Counted from the stretch's first letter, positions 37,736 through 47,301 are shown. The stretch is 64,000 nt of DNA from Chitinophagales bacterium (GCA_016787045.1 JAEUVA010000031.1:36634-100633); one strand, 5' to 3'. The notes: generated by a model not told the origin, from the letters alone. Translations and numbers: made by a program.

Positions 37736-38820
37736 AAAAGATTGTACTAACTGTAACTAACGATTTGACTTATGATCAACGAATGCATAAAATATGTACT
37801 TCGTTGGTTTCGGCTAACTACGAAGTAGAATTGGTAGGAAGAGAATTGCCCCACTCTATTCCAATAGATGAAAAAGTTTTTGCTCAAACCCGATTGCGGT
37901 GTTTTTTTGGAAAAGGGAAACTGTTCTATGCAGAGTATAATCTGCGTTTATTTGTTTATCTGCTTACCCAGAGGTTTGATCTCCTTTGCGCGGTAGATTT
38001 AGACACCATTGTTGCAGTGGTTTTAGCGGCAAAAACGAAACGAAAGAAAGTTGTTTTTGATGCACACGAACATTTTACCGAAGTACCCGAAGTTATCCGC
38101 AGGCCCGCTGTGCAGCGTGTATGGAAGTGGATAGAGAGTGTATTTGTACCAATGGCTGATGCGCACTACACTGTGTCATCCGGTTTGGCAGAAATTTTTA
38201 CCCGAGAGTCAAGAAGGAATTTTGAATTGGTGATGAATGTACCTGTTTTAGAACCACGAGTAGAAAAGCAGTACAGCGCTGAAAAATATATGTTGTATCA
38301 AGGTGCGCTCAACGAGGGGCGTGGCTTGGAGCATTTGCTGGAGGCCATGAAAGAGATAGACTGTCCGCTGTACTTGGCAGGAGAGGGCGATTTTTCGCAG
38401 AAGCTGCGCCAACTTTCGGTGACGTATGGTGTTGAGCACAAAGTGAAATTTCTGGGATTTGTAAAACCTAGTGACTTAAAAAAAATAACTGCTGACGCAT
38501 GGCTTGGTTTGCATATTTCTGAGCCACTCGGTTTGAGTTATTACTACTCGCTGGGCAATAAGTTTTTTGACTATATACATGCCGGGTTACCTCAAGTTTG
38601 TACATCTATGCCTGAGTATGAACAAATCAATCAAAAATTTGAAGTGGCTTTGATGATTAAAACATCTACTTCCCAAGAAATAAAAAGAGCCATTCAGCGT
38701 CTATTGACAGAACCGATGCTTTACGAACGATTACGGAAAAATTGTGAGGTTTGCGCGCAACACTACAACTGGCAAAAGGAAGAAAAGAAACTACTGAACA
38801 TTTATGAGCAATTACTCTGA
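37732..38820 (+). CDS. Glycosyltransferase (GT4/group 1-like)
   Basis: The C-terminal half has a GT-B pattern (YQGALNEGRGLEHLLEA..., FLGFV, GLSYYYSLGNKFFDYIHAGLP). There is an ATGA overlap with the recQ stop. Confidence 0.65.
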   Translation: MKKIVLTVTNDLTYDQRMHKICTSLVSANYEVELVGRELPHSIPIDEKVFAQTRLRCFFGKGKLFYAEYNLRLFVYLLTQRFDLLCAVDLDTIVAVVLAAKTKRKKVVFDAHEHFTEVPEVIRRPAVQRVWKWIESVFVPMADAHYTVSSGLAEIFTRESRRNFELVMNVPVLEPRVEKQYSAEKYMLYQGALNEGRGLEHLLEAMKEIDCPLYLAGEGDFSQKLRQLSVTYGVEHKVKFLGFVKPSDLKKITADAWLGLHISEPLGLSYYYSLGNKFFDYIHAGLPQVCTSMPEYEQINQKFEVALMIKTSTSQEIKRAIQRLLTEPMLYERLRKNCEVCAQHYNWQKEEKKLLNIYEQLL

Positions 38821-39934
38821 TAAGCACCTGCACGTAGTTTCGTTTAACGTACCTTACCCGCCAGACTATGGCGGAGTGATTGATGTATTTTACAAGTTGA
38901 AAGCGTTGCATTCACTAGGTGTAAAAATTCATTTGCATTGTTTTACATACGGCAGAGAAGAGAGTAAAGAACTGGCAGATATATGTGAAACCGTGAATTA
39001 TTATCCGCGCAAGAAATTTTATCAGGCCATTTATAGTAGCATTCCATACATTGTTGGTTCGCGGCAAAGCGATGAGTTACTCAGCAATTTAACTGCTGAT
39101 GAATACCCGGTGTTGTTTGAAGGATTGCATACTTGTTTTTACTTAAACCACCCGGCTCTGAAAGGTAAAGTGAAGGCCGTGCGCATGCACAATGTGGAGT
39201 GGGATTACTACCGCAGCTTAAAAGAAAGCGAGAGTAACTATCTCATAAAATTTTATTTAGACCAAGAGTCTAAAAAGCTCAAAAAATTTGAGGACGAACT
39301 AAAGAGTGCGGATAAAATATTTGCCATCAGCAAGGCCGATTATGAATACCTCCGGCAAAGCTTTGAACAGATTAGTTATGTAAGCGCTTTTCATAATAAC
39401 GAGGAAGTGACTTCACAACCCGGCAAAGGAGCTTACATATTGTATCATGGCAATTTGAGCGTAGCAGAGAACAACCAAGCCGCTATGTTTTTAGTTAAGA
39501 AAGTGGCTGAAGGGCTGCCATTTCGCTTCATATTTGCAGGTAAAAATCCAACTGCAGCACTCAAAAAAGAAATAAAAAATATACCAAACATTGAGTTGAT
39601 TGAAAACCCGCCATTTGAAAAAATGGCAGAGTTGATTACGAATGCACACATTAATTTGCTCTACACTTTTCAGCAAACGGGTATTAAGTTAAAATTGCTC
39701 AATTCGCTATACCGAGGTAGGTTTGTGGTAGTTAATAGCAAAATGGTGAACAACACCGGGCTAGAAACTTTTTGTTATAGAGAAGATAATCCAAATGTCA
39801 CTCAACGCATTCTTACCAACCTCATGGGTATGGATTTTGCTGAACATGATATTCAAAAAAGGAAAACACAACTAGAAAGCAAGTTTGGCAATAAACACAA
39901 CGCATCAATCATTGTTAAAGAACTATGGCCATAA
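38804..39934 (+). CDS. Glycosyltransferase family 1-like protein
   Basis: N-terminal HVVSFNVPYPPDYGGVIDVFYKLKALHSLG and C-terminal GIKLKLLNSL are typical of a conserved Bacteroidota GT. It overlaps the preceding GT by 17 nt. Confidence 0.6.
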   Translation: MSNYSDKHLHVVSFNVPYPPDYGGVIDVFYKLKALHSLGVKIHLHCFTYGREESKELADICETVNYYPRKKFYQAIYSSIPYIVGSRQSDELLSNLTADEYPVLFEGLHTCFYLNHPALKGKVKAVRMHNVEWDYYRSLKESESNYLIKFYLDQESKKLKKFEDELKSADKIFAISKADYEYLRQSFEQISYVSAFHNNEEVTSQPGKGAYILYHGNLSVAENNQAAMFLVKKVAEGLPFRFIFAGKNPTAALKKEIKNIPNIELIENPPFEKMAELITNAHINLLYTFQQTGIKLKLLNSLYRGRFVVVNSKMVNNTGLETFCYREDNPNVTQRILTNLMGMDFAEHDIQKRKTQLESKFGNKHNASIIVKELWP

Positions 39935-39944
39935 AAAACGTTTT

Positions 39945-40496
39945 ATGAAAATACTACCTATCGTTATTTCCGTACTGGCGCTATCTTTATCTGCCTATCT
40001 TTTTGTAAAGATAAACAGCACAGAAAAGCAGTTGCATGAACTCATCGAAACAGTAGATAAGTTAACCACTGCACAAAACCCTGTTATACCGGTACCATCT
40101 GATCCTGGTAATCCATTTACTAATCCACCAGTTGACCAAATCAATCAACCGGGAGGGGAGGTGCCCGCTTACGGAGGTACAAGTATTTCGTTTGCAAAAA
40201 CAGCGCATGATTTCGGAAAAATAAAAGCAGGAGAGAAGGTTAAAACCAAGTTTCATTTTATCAACACAGGAACAAATCCGCTCATCATTTCCAATGCAGT
40301 TGGCTCTTGTGGCTGCACAGTTCCCAGTTACCCGCGCCAAGCACTACAACCGGGTGAAGAGGGTGATATTGATGTAGAGTTTGATAGCAGTGGTAAGCGT
40401 GGTGAAGAAATAAAAACCGTTACCATTACAGCCAATACAGAGCCCAAGCAAATTGTATTGACCATAAAGGCAACGGTTATTCCGCCAGCCCAGTAA
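39945..40496 (+). CDS. DUF1573 domain protein (membrane-anchored)
   Basis: TM anchor ILPIVISVLALSLSAYLF. The DUF1573 core is FDFGKIKAGEKVKTKFHFINTGTNPLIISNAVGSCGCTVP. The start was moved to ATG 39945. Confidence 0.75.
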   Translation: MKILPIVISVLALSLSAYLFVKINSTEKQLHELIETVDKLTTAQNPVIPVPSDPGNPFTNPPVDQINQPGGEVPAYGGTSISFAKTAHDFGKIKAGEKVKTKFHFINTGTNPLIISNAVGSCGCTVPSYPRQALQPGEEGDIDVEFDSSGKRGEEIKTVTITANTEPKQIVLTIKATVIPPAQ

Positions 40497-40499
40497 CTG

Positions 40500-42014
40500 C
40501 TAACGGCTGATGACTAGTTTTTTAGTGGTTCTACTTCCTTTTGTATCTGTAATTTCTGCCAAATACACACCGTTATTTAGTGTACTCACATTTAATTCTG
40601 CAGAAGGAGAAAACAAGTTTTGCCAATCTTTTACCATTGCTCCGGCATAATTGTACAACCTAACAGATTGTAAAGTTTGGTTGTTTGATAAAGCTATATG
40701 AAATCCATCAATAGCCGGATTAGGGTAGAGTACCGCATTCAATTCATGCTTCAATTCGGGTATGCCTACTGTAGAAGTTTGGCTGATACACAATGAATCT
40801 AAGAGTACAAAAGTGGTGGTTTGTACATTGCCGCTTGCAAAACGCGGGCGAATCCACAAGTGGGTGTAAGTGCTGGTTAGGCCCGTCACATTAAAACTGT
40901 ACGTACCCCAACTATTTGTAGTGAGGTTTGTAATGCTGTAAGCATTAAAAGCAGAAGATGGAATAGCCGCTACTTGTGTGCACCCGGTTTGTGTTTGGTA
41001 GGTGAAACTGATGGGTGCATTCAGTAACAAAAAGTCAATATTTATTGCTGAAGCACCAAGCGCTTGTGCATTGCGCAACGCAAAAGATACGGTATAATTG
41101 CCGCCTTGGGTAAAGTCGTGTGTGAGTTCTAAACTTTCGTTCCAGTTGGCGCCTGCATCACATACGGCCATTAGCGCCGATTGTGTGCCGGTATATGCCG
41201 GTGTGCCATTCAACTCGCCAGTGGAGAAAATAGCCGGTGTACCGCTAGCTACCAACCAATCTTGTAAAAATCCGGCATTACCATTCCCAAAGTAATCGAA
41301 AGCATGTTGTCGAGTTGTTGCATTGGTGAGTGTGGTATCATCAAACTGGTAACAAGTGGCCTCAGCAACTACTTCATTGATGCAAACATCATCCATCAAT
41401 AAAAATGTAGTAGAGAGTGGTGCACCACTTGAGAAGCCGGAACGAAACCAAAGTTGGCTGTAGTTGTCGGTAAGATTGCTAATGGTGAAATTGACGGTTT
41501 GCCAAGCGTTTGTTGCAAAACTGCTGATGGTGTGAACATTAAGCGAAGTACCCGGCACAGATGGTGTTTGGGTGCACCCGGTTTGGGTTTGGTAAGTGAA
41601 TGAAATAGCATTTTTCAATAGCTGAAAATTAATGTCTAAAGGAGTTGGTGAAGTGCTCAGCGGTGCATTGCGTATGGCTAAAGAAACCTGATACGTTTTG
41701 CCTTGCTGAAAATTATAGTTGAGCGCAATGCCTTCGCTCCAGTCAGTTGCCACATCACACACGGCCATTAACGCGCACTGGGTATTGCTGTTAGCATTTA
41801 TACCGTTAAAATCGCCATTGGCATATATGGCAGGTGTTCCACTGGTTACGCTCCAGTTTTGTAAAAAACCACTGTTACCGTTTCCGTATGTATTGAAGGC
41901 GTGTTGTTTGTTAGCGGTAGTTACTGTAAATCCATCAAAATTTTCGCAAATATTTTGAGCAGTTAAAATTGTGCTTACAAGAATAAAGAGCAGAGGGAGT
42001 AGTTTTTTGTGCAT
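40500..42014 (-). CDS. T9SS-sorted secreted protein with two tandem 190-aa homologous Cys-containing domains
   Basis: Signal peptide MHKKLLPLLFILVSTILTAQ. There is an internal duplication (residues 23-212 and 221-410). The C-terminal LYPNPAIDGFHI...VRLYNYAGAMV...GVYLAEITD...KKLVISR is a T9SS type-A CTD. Confidence 0.75.
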   Translation of the reverse strand: MHKKLLPLLFILVSTILTAQNICENFDGFTVTTANKQHAFNTYGNGNSGFLQNWSVTSGTPAIYANGDFNGINANSNTQCALMAVCDVATDWSEGIALNYNFQQGKTYQVSLAIRNAPLSTSPTPLDINFQLLKNAISFTYQTQTGCTQTPSVPGTSLNVHTISSFATNAWQTVNFTISNLTDNYSQLWFRSGFSSGAPLSTTFLLMDDVCINEVVAEATCYQFDDTTLTNATTRQHAFDYFGNGNAGFLQDWLVASGTPAIFSTGELNGTPAYTGTQSALMAVCDAGANWNESLELTHDFTQGGNYTVSFALRNAQALGASAINIDFLLLNAPISFTYQTQTGCTQVAAIPSSAFNAYSITNLTTNSWGTYSFNVTGLTSTYTHLWIRPRFASGNVQTTTFVLLDSLCISQTSTVGIPELKHELNAVLYPNPAIDGFHIALSNNQTLQSVRLYNYAGAMVKDWQNLFSPSAELNVSTLNNGVYLAEITDTKGSRTTKKLVISR

Positions 42015-42102
42015 GAGTAATTTTTTTTGTAAAAGTAGAAACTCTGTGTTTTGACGGGTTTGAAATCTGTGGCAAAAATTAGAAGTCGGAATTGGAATTG
42101 AG

Positions 42103-42738
42103 TTAGATTTTCATGCGAATAAACTCAAATGCTTCTGCATATAGCGAGCCCGCTTGTATGCCACGCACCATTGCCAACCCACGAATAAAATCTGCATTCA
42201 TGTACGAACGATGGCTCTGAGAGTAGTATTTTGTTAACGCTTCTATTTTTGTGTGTAGTTGTTGCTCAGAAACAGTAACAAAAGTATTTCCGCTGAAACT
42301 TGTGTTATTCCAAGGTAATTCATAGCCCCAAATAGTAGTGTTTTTAAAAGCACGAACACTCTCTTGGTGTATAGTTTGGTGGTCTTGATGTATGTCTTGT
42401 GAGTTGGGTAGCAACACTAAATCAGGTTGTATTTTCTTGTTCAGTTTTACCAGGTCTTCTAAAATTGGCTGTCGGTTTTCGGGGAAGTAGCGCACATCAT
42501 AATCCAGCAAAGTAAGATTCTCCTTTTTGATGCCTAAGATTTGCGTAGCGGCCGAGCATTCATGGGCTAACGTATCGGGTGCTAAACCGGCAGGTAATGA
42601 TTGGGCGCAAATAGAAAATGCCACATAGTGTACGGTTGCACCTTCATCAACCAATCGGTTGATGGTTGCCCCGGCACCCAGTTCCCCATCATCGGTATGC
42701 GGAGCTAGCACTAATATGTTTTTGAACGATAACTGCAT
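42103..42738 (-). CDS. PIG-L/LmbE family N-acetylglucosaminyl deacetylase
   Basis: Motif LAPHTDDGELGAG and the downstream metal-binding HQDHQTIH. The start was moved to ATG 42738, which overlaps the upstream stop (TAATG). Confidence 0.8.
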   Translation of the reverse strand: MQLSFKNILVLAPHTDDGELGAGATINRLVDEGATVHYVAFSICAQSLPAGLAPDTLAHECSAATQILGIKKENLTLLDYDVRYFPENRQPILEDLVKLNKKIQPDLVLLPNSQDIHQDHQTIHQESVRAFKNTTIWGYELPWNNTSFSGNTFVTVSEQQLHTKIEALTKYYSQSHRSYMNADFIRGLAMVRGIQAGSLYAEAFEFIRMKI

Positions 42739-44030
42739 TACAATTGATTTAGTAGTTGAGCCAAGGCACTGCATTGGTGCTGGCGGCTGTAAAGTAAATG
42801 TTCTTGGCCGCTATATTCAAACACTGTTTGTGTTTTTTGCCAATTATTAAAATGATTTAGCAGTGCCCTTTTCACTTTTTCTTTGTCAGCAAAGGCAATC
42901 ATCTCATCGCGTTGGCAGCGCTTTAGTAATTGAGCGGCATTGCCGTTTACAGGGCCTATGGGTAAAATATTACGCTTTGCAGCTATGTATTCAAATATTT
43001 TCCCACTCATCAGTAACTCACTTTTCTTGACATCTGACACCAAAAACAATAGGCAAGAAGCCCCTTTCATATATGCTATAGCTTCGCTGTGCGGTACATG
43101 GCCTGTAAAGATGACATTGCTTTCTATGTGAGCTTGCCTAAAACTTTCTTGTACACTCGGGTGAATACCACCGATTATTTCAAGCCGAAATTTTTCTTTG
43201 AAGCCAGTTTGTTCTCGCATCAATTCTGCTATGGCTTGCCAAAGAGCCGGTACGTTCATGCTCACAATCAGATTGCCAACATGTCTTAGTGTAAAGTAAG
43301 GTGCCGATAACTTGGGGCTCACATTAAAATCATCTGCATCAAAACCGTTGTAAATAACCGCTACCTGTTTAGCTCTGTCTGTAAACTCATCTTTCATCCC
43401 CTCACTGATTACACTGATTGCATCTGCATGATTTAATACTTCATTTTCTAACCCTAAATCTTTTTGAATGGTGCTTGTAGTGCGAGGTAAAAACTCATTC
43501 ATCAGATTGTTCGTCCATGGGTCGCGGAAATCGGCCACCCATTTTAGTCCAAACTCCTTTTTGAGTTGCAAACCTATAAGATGTGTAGAGTGTGGTGGCC
43601 CGGTGGTGATAATGGTGTCTATCTTTTCTTTAGCAATAATTTTTTCAGCTTCTGCAACTGCGTATTTTACCCAGCCCTTTCGTGCATCGGGTATAAAAAA
43701 ATTAGCGCGGATGTATTCTGAAATTTTTTGAAACCAACTTTGTTTTTGTTGCCCACCTACAGATACCGTGGGAATCGATTTGCCTTTTTTGCCTTGCAAC
43801 AAATTGTAAAACTCAAATGGCTCAAATGTATCAGTACGATATACCTGTGTAGTATCGCTTACTTGTTGTAATAAACTTTTATCGGTAAACGGATAACTGC
43901 CATTTTTTACAGTAACAATGATGGGCTGCCAACCAAACTCTGGTAAATATTTACTAAACTTTAAAAACCGCTGCACCGCTACTCCTCCTGCGGGTGGCCA
44001 GTAGTAAGTAAAGATGAGTACTTTCTTCAC
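42738..44030 (-). CDS. Glycosyltransferase family 4 (GT-B)
   Basis: N-terminal (M)KKVLIFTYYWPPAGGVAVQR and C-terminal SGKIFEYIAAKRNILPIG (E-x7-E-type region). The GTG start overlaps the YfhO stop (TAGTG). Confidence 0.75.
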   Translation of the reverse strand: MKKVLIFTYYWPPAGGVAVQRFLKFSKYLPEFGWQPIIVTVKNGSYPFTDKSLLQQVSDTTQVYRTDTFEPFEFYNLLQGKKGKSIPTVSVGGQQKQSWFQKISEYIRANFFIPDARKGWVKYAVAEAEKIIAKEKIDTIITTGPPHSTHLIGLQLKKEFGLKWVADFRDPWTNNLMNEFLPRTTSTIQKDLGLENEVLNHADAISVISEGMKDEFTDRAKQVAVIYNGFDADDFNVSPKLSAPYFTLRHVGNLIVSMNVPALWQAIAELMREQTGFKEKFRLEIIGGIHPSVQESFRQAHIESNVIFTGHVPHSEAIAYMKGASCLLFLVSDVKKSELLMSGKIFEYIAAKRNILPIGPVNGNAAQLLKRCQRDEMIAFADKEKVKRALLNHFNNWQKTQTVFEYSGQEHLLYSRQHQCSALAQLLNQL

Positions 44031-46528
44031 TATTTCTTTTTTGTTGGCTTAGCTGCCGGTGTTGTGTGCTTTTTAGTTTCAGCGGGCTCTGCCTCTATTT
44101 CTTTCCACTTTTTGTATCCGGCAAATCCGAGCGTACTTAATACAAACAAATACAGCAAGAGTGAGCCGGCCATAGAAATTTTATTGCCTGTAACCACACT
44201 CCTGGGTTCAAATTTAAATTCAATCTGATGTTTGCCTGATGGTACTACCATACCGCGCAATACATAATTGCAACGGAAATGCTGTACAGGTTGATTATCT
44301 ATGTAGGCGTTCCAACCTTTGCCGTTGTTGTAATAAATTTCCGAAAAAACAGCCAGTTGGTTGGCAGTAGCATTGCTTTCGTAAGTCAGTTTGTTTGGGG
44401 TATAAGATAATAGCTTAATGTTTCCGCTGCTATCTCCGGCATAAGTCCAATTGCCAATAGTGGTTTTGTATCGCTCATCAATCACTATTGTGCGAGTAGG
44501 GTCAAAGTCAGTTAGTGCGGCCATTTCTTCATCGGCATTTTTTGCCCACTTTATCTGTTGCACAAACCAACTGTTGCCACAGGTGGCAGGGTTTTGCTGC
44601 ACCGCAGGTTGTTTGGTTTGTGGGTTTTGTATGACAAAATATTTGGTGTTGAGCATGTTCAGTACACTCATGTTGTATTTAGAAATCTGATTTTCTATCA
44701 AATCTTGATAACGAATAATTTTTGCAGCATGGTAGCCGCCAACTGATTTGTGGTAGTACGATGTCATGGCATCGTTAAACGGGTCTCGGGTGGTGTTGAA
44801 TACCCTGTAGTTAGGGTCTGTATCTCGCAAAATTTGCGCATCGTATTCTTCCATGCGGTGTGCGTTTTCTTTAGCGCTTTTGGCAATAAAGTTGTCGTTA
44901 TTTAAATAGCGTTTGGCCACCGTAAACGTATCTGTAAAAAAGACCATGCCAATACAGATTGCAAAAACTGCTGACGATAATTTCTGCTGAATAAACAACC
45001 ACAACACTGTAGTAGCTGCTGCTACAAAGAATAATGAGCGCAACGCATCAGATTGCAACATGTCTGCACGGCTTTCTTTAAGTAAGGAGATTAGCTGCGG
45101 ATTGTTTTTGCCAATCTCTGCATCGTTGGCACCTTCAAAGCTATACATGCCGCTGCCCAATACACCAAACAAAAGGATAATGCCCCCAACCACCGCTGCA
45201 CTGATGTACAATTTCTTAGTAAGTGCGGCTACATCTGCTTTCCGTTTGAAGAGTTCGCTTATGCCTAATAAAGCAGTTAACGGAATAGCTACTTCGGCCA
45301 TTACCAATGCCATGGCCGGTGTGCGGAATTTGTTGAAGAAGGGCAAGAGGTTAAACATCCACCCGAAAAATGGAGTGTTTTTGCCGGACGCTAACAGAAT
45401 AGAAAAAATGATAATAGATAACAGCGCCCACTTGATGTTTGATCGGATGATGAGTAGTGAGAATACAAAAACAAAACATACAGCCGCACCAAAATACACC
45501 GGACCTGATGTAAACGGTTGATTGCCCCAATAGCTGATGCTGGCTACATATCGTTTAATCTGCTCCACCGGATAACCACTACTTGAAAACTGTTGCACCA
45601 CTTTGTTTTTGCTGTCTATATCATTAGCGCTTCCACCACCTTTTACATCCGGAATGAGTAGAGAGAGTATTTCGCCATCGGTAAATCCATAGCTCCAACG
45701 AGTAGCATAATCAAAATCTAATCCCCCACCTTTTGTAGCTTCTTTTTTTGCAGATAGCTCACTGCTTCCACCACGTATAGTTTCGGTGCCGTACTCTTGT
45801 GTAGCCCACAGGTTACCTACATTCGGTAAAAAGGCCAAAGCCGCAGCTACAGCTAATGCACCGGTGGCTTTTGCAAAATTGCTGATGTTTTTTTCTATCA
45901 AGTTCTCAACCAAAAAGTAAATGCCAAGTACGCCAAATATGAGCAGGGTATAGTAGGTTACCTGTAAGTGGTTGGCATCAATCAGCATAGAAAGAAACAA
46001 AGCAGTAAGTGCAGCACCCAGCAAAATGTTTTTGCGGTAGGCCAGTACCACTCCGCCAATGGCAGGAGCCATTAAACTCATGGCTTGTACTTTGGTGTTG
46101 TGGCCGGCCTCTAGTGAGATAAAGAAAAATGAGGTGAATCCATATGCCAGTGCACCGGCTATACTCAGCCACGGGTCCACTTCAAAGCAGAGCAACAGAA
46201 TGTAGAAGCCCAACATCATCACAAATAGGAAAGCAGCCACTTCTGGGAAAACAACCTCTAGCCCATGCATAATTTTGCTCACCCAGTTGCCCGAAAACAC
46301 ATACGAAATCAGAATGGCGGGCATACCGCCAAACATGCGGCTGGTCCACATGGCGGGTTCATCGGGGTGGGCTTTGTTCCAATCGGTAATTTCCTTGCTC
46401 ATGCCTTCCCATTGCGTTACATCGCCCTGCTCCAGTACTTTGCCGCTGTAGTAGGGGTTGAAATAAATAGCAGTTAACAAAGCAAACACCACCACCGCCA
46501 CCACATGAGGAATGAGTTTTTTTTGCAT
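44030..46528 (-). CDS. YfhO family polytopic membrane protein (GT-C-like glycosyltransferase)
   Basis: 832 aa with many TM helices in the N-terminal two thirds and a large extracytoplasmic C-terminal domain with a final TM. The size and architecture are typical of Bacteroidota YfhO. Confidence 0.65.
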   Translation of the reverse strand: MQKKLIPHVVAVVVFALLTAIYFNPYYSGKVLEQGDVTQWEGMSKEITDWNKAHPDEPAMWTSRMFGGMPAILISYVFSGNWVSKIMHGLEVVFPEVAAFLFVMMLGFYILLLCFEVDPWLSIAGALAYGFTSFFFISLEAGHNTKVQAMSLMAPAIGGVVLAYRKNILLGAALTALFLSMLIDANHLQVTYYTLLIFGVLGIYFLVENLIEKNISNFAKATGALAVAAALAFLPNVGNLWATQEYGTETIRGGSSELSAKKEATKGGGLDFDYATRWSYGFTDGEILSLLIPDVKGGGSANDIDSKNKVVQQFSSSGYPVEQIKRYVASISYWGNQPFTSGPVYFGAAVCFVFVFSLLIIRSNIKWALLSIIIFSILLASGKNTPFFGWMFNLLPFFNKFRTPAMALVMAEVAIPLTALLGISELFKRKADVAALTKKLYISAAVVGGIILLFGVLGSGMYSFEGANDAEIGKNNPQLISLLKESRADMLQSDALRSLFFVAAATTVLWLFIQQKLSSAVFAICIGMVFFTDTFTVAKRYLNNDNFIAKSAKENAHRMEEYDAQILRDTDPNYRVFNTTRDPFNDAMTSYYHKSVGGYHAAKIIRYQDLIENQISKYNMSVLNMLNTKYFVIQNPQTKQPAVQQNPATCGNSWFVQQIKWAKNADEEMAALTDFDPTRTIVIDERYKTTIGNWTYAGDSSGNIKLLSYTPNKLTYESNATANQLAVFSEIYYNNGKGWNAYIDNQPVQHFRCNYVLRGMVVPSGKHQIEFKFEPRSVVTGNKISMAGSLLLYLFVLSTLGFAGYKKWKEIEAEPAETKKHTTPAAKPTKKK

Positions 46529-46623
46529 GGATAATTTTTATGCCGCGCCAAAATAGTAATTCGGGAATAATCGTGAATGATAGGGGAGAAGAGAAGCGTA
46601 TTAAAAAACACATCAGAAAGTAA

Positions 46624-47160
46624 TCAGTCAATTACTCCCAATTTCTTACACACTTCCCACAGCACAACACCGGCACTTACGGTAACATTAAATGAATGTT
46701 TGGTGCCCAACTGCGGTATTTCAATTACGATATCACTGGCACTTACAATTTCTTGCTGCACACCTTCCACTTCGTTGCCAAATACTAGGGCATATTTTTC
46801 TTTATTGGATGGAGAAAAATGCTGAAGCAATACTGCGTTTTCAGCTTGTTCTACAGAAACAATTCTCCAGCCGTTGTTTTTTAACTCATCAATAGCAAGT
46901 GTTGTAGTCTCAAAATGTTTCCAAGCAACAGTATCGGTAGCTCCCAGAGCCGTTTTTTGAATATCGCGGTGGGGAGGTGCGCCCGTAATTCCGCAGAGAT
47001 AGATGGCTTCTACTAAAAAGGCATCGGCCGTGCGAAACACAGAACCTACGTTTAAATGGCTGCGCACATTGTCTAACACGATGATGATGGGTGTTTTTTC
47101 GCGCTCAATAAATTCTTCTTTACTCAGCCGTGGTAGTTCTTCATTCAAAAGTTTACGCAT
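46624..47160 (-). CDS. TrmH/SpoU family RNA 2'-O-methyltransferase
   Basis: SPOUT motifs IIVLDNVRSHLNVGSVFRTADAF, LVFGNEVEGV and IEIPQLGTKHSFNVTVSAGVVLWE. Confidence 0.85.
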   Translation of the reverse strand: MRKLLNEELPRLSKEEFIEREKTPIIIVLDNVRSHLNVGSVFRTADAFLVEAIYLCGITGAPPHRDIQKTALGATDTVAWKHFETTTLAIDELKNNGWRIVSVEQAENAVLLQHFSPSNKEKYALVFGNEVEGVQQEIVSASDIVIEIPQLGTKHSFNVTVSAGVVLWEVCKKLGVID

Positions 47161-47301
47161 GCGGCAAACATAACTGATGGGTTTTTAACTTTTCTATTTT
47201 CACCCGCATGAAATGCCCATGATGGAGAAAAAATGTATCATACATGAATAACTAACTATAATGGGCATTCCATCTGTCCATTAAAAATTAATATCATTCA
47301 G

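Noticed and set aside
42021-42028. T8 homopolymer (A8 on the coding strand) 7-14 nt upstream of the ATG of the duplicated-domain T9SS gene, as a phase-variation switch.
   Set aside because: A-rich leaders are normal in Bacteroidota, which lack strong Shine-Dalgarno sites. The tract is outside the CDS and short. There is no evidence of variability from a single sequence.
42103-44030. GT4 + PIG-L pair as bacillithiol (BshA/BshB) or mycothiol (MshA/MshB) genes.
   Set aside because: The pair is translationally coupled to a YfhO-type extracytoplasmic glycosyltransferase. No BshC/MshC-type ligase is nearby, and the GT4 is longer than typical BshA. A membrane glycoconjugate pathway fits better. The thiol interpretation is kept only as an alternative to exclude.
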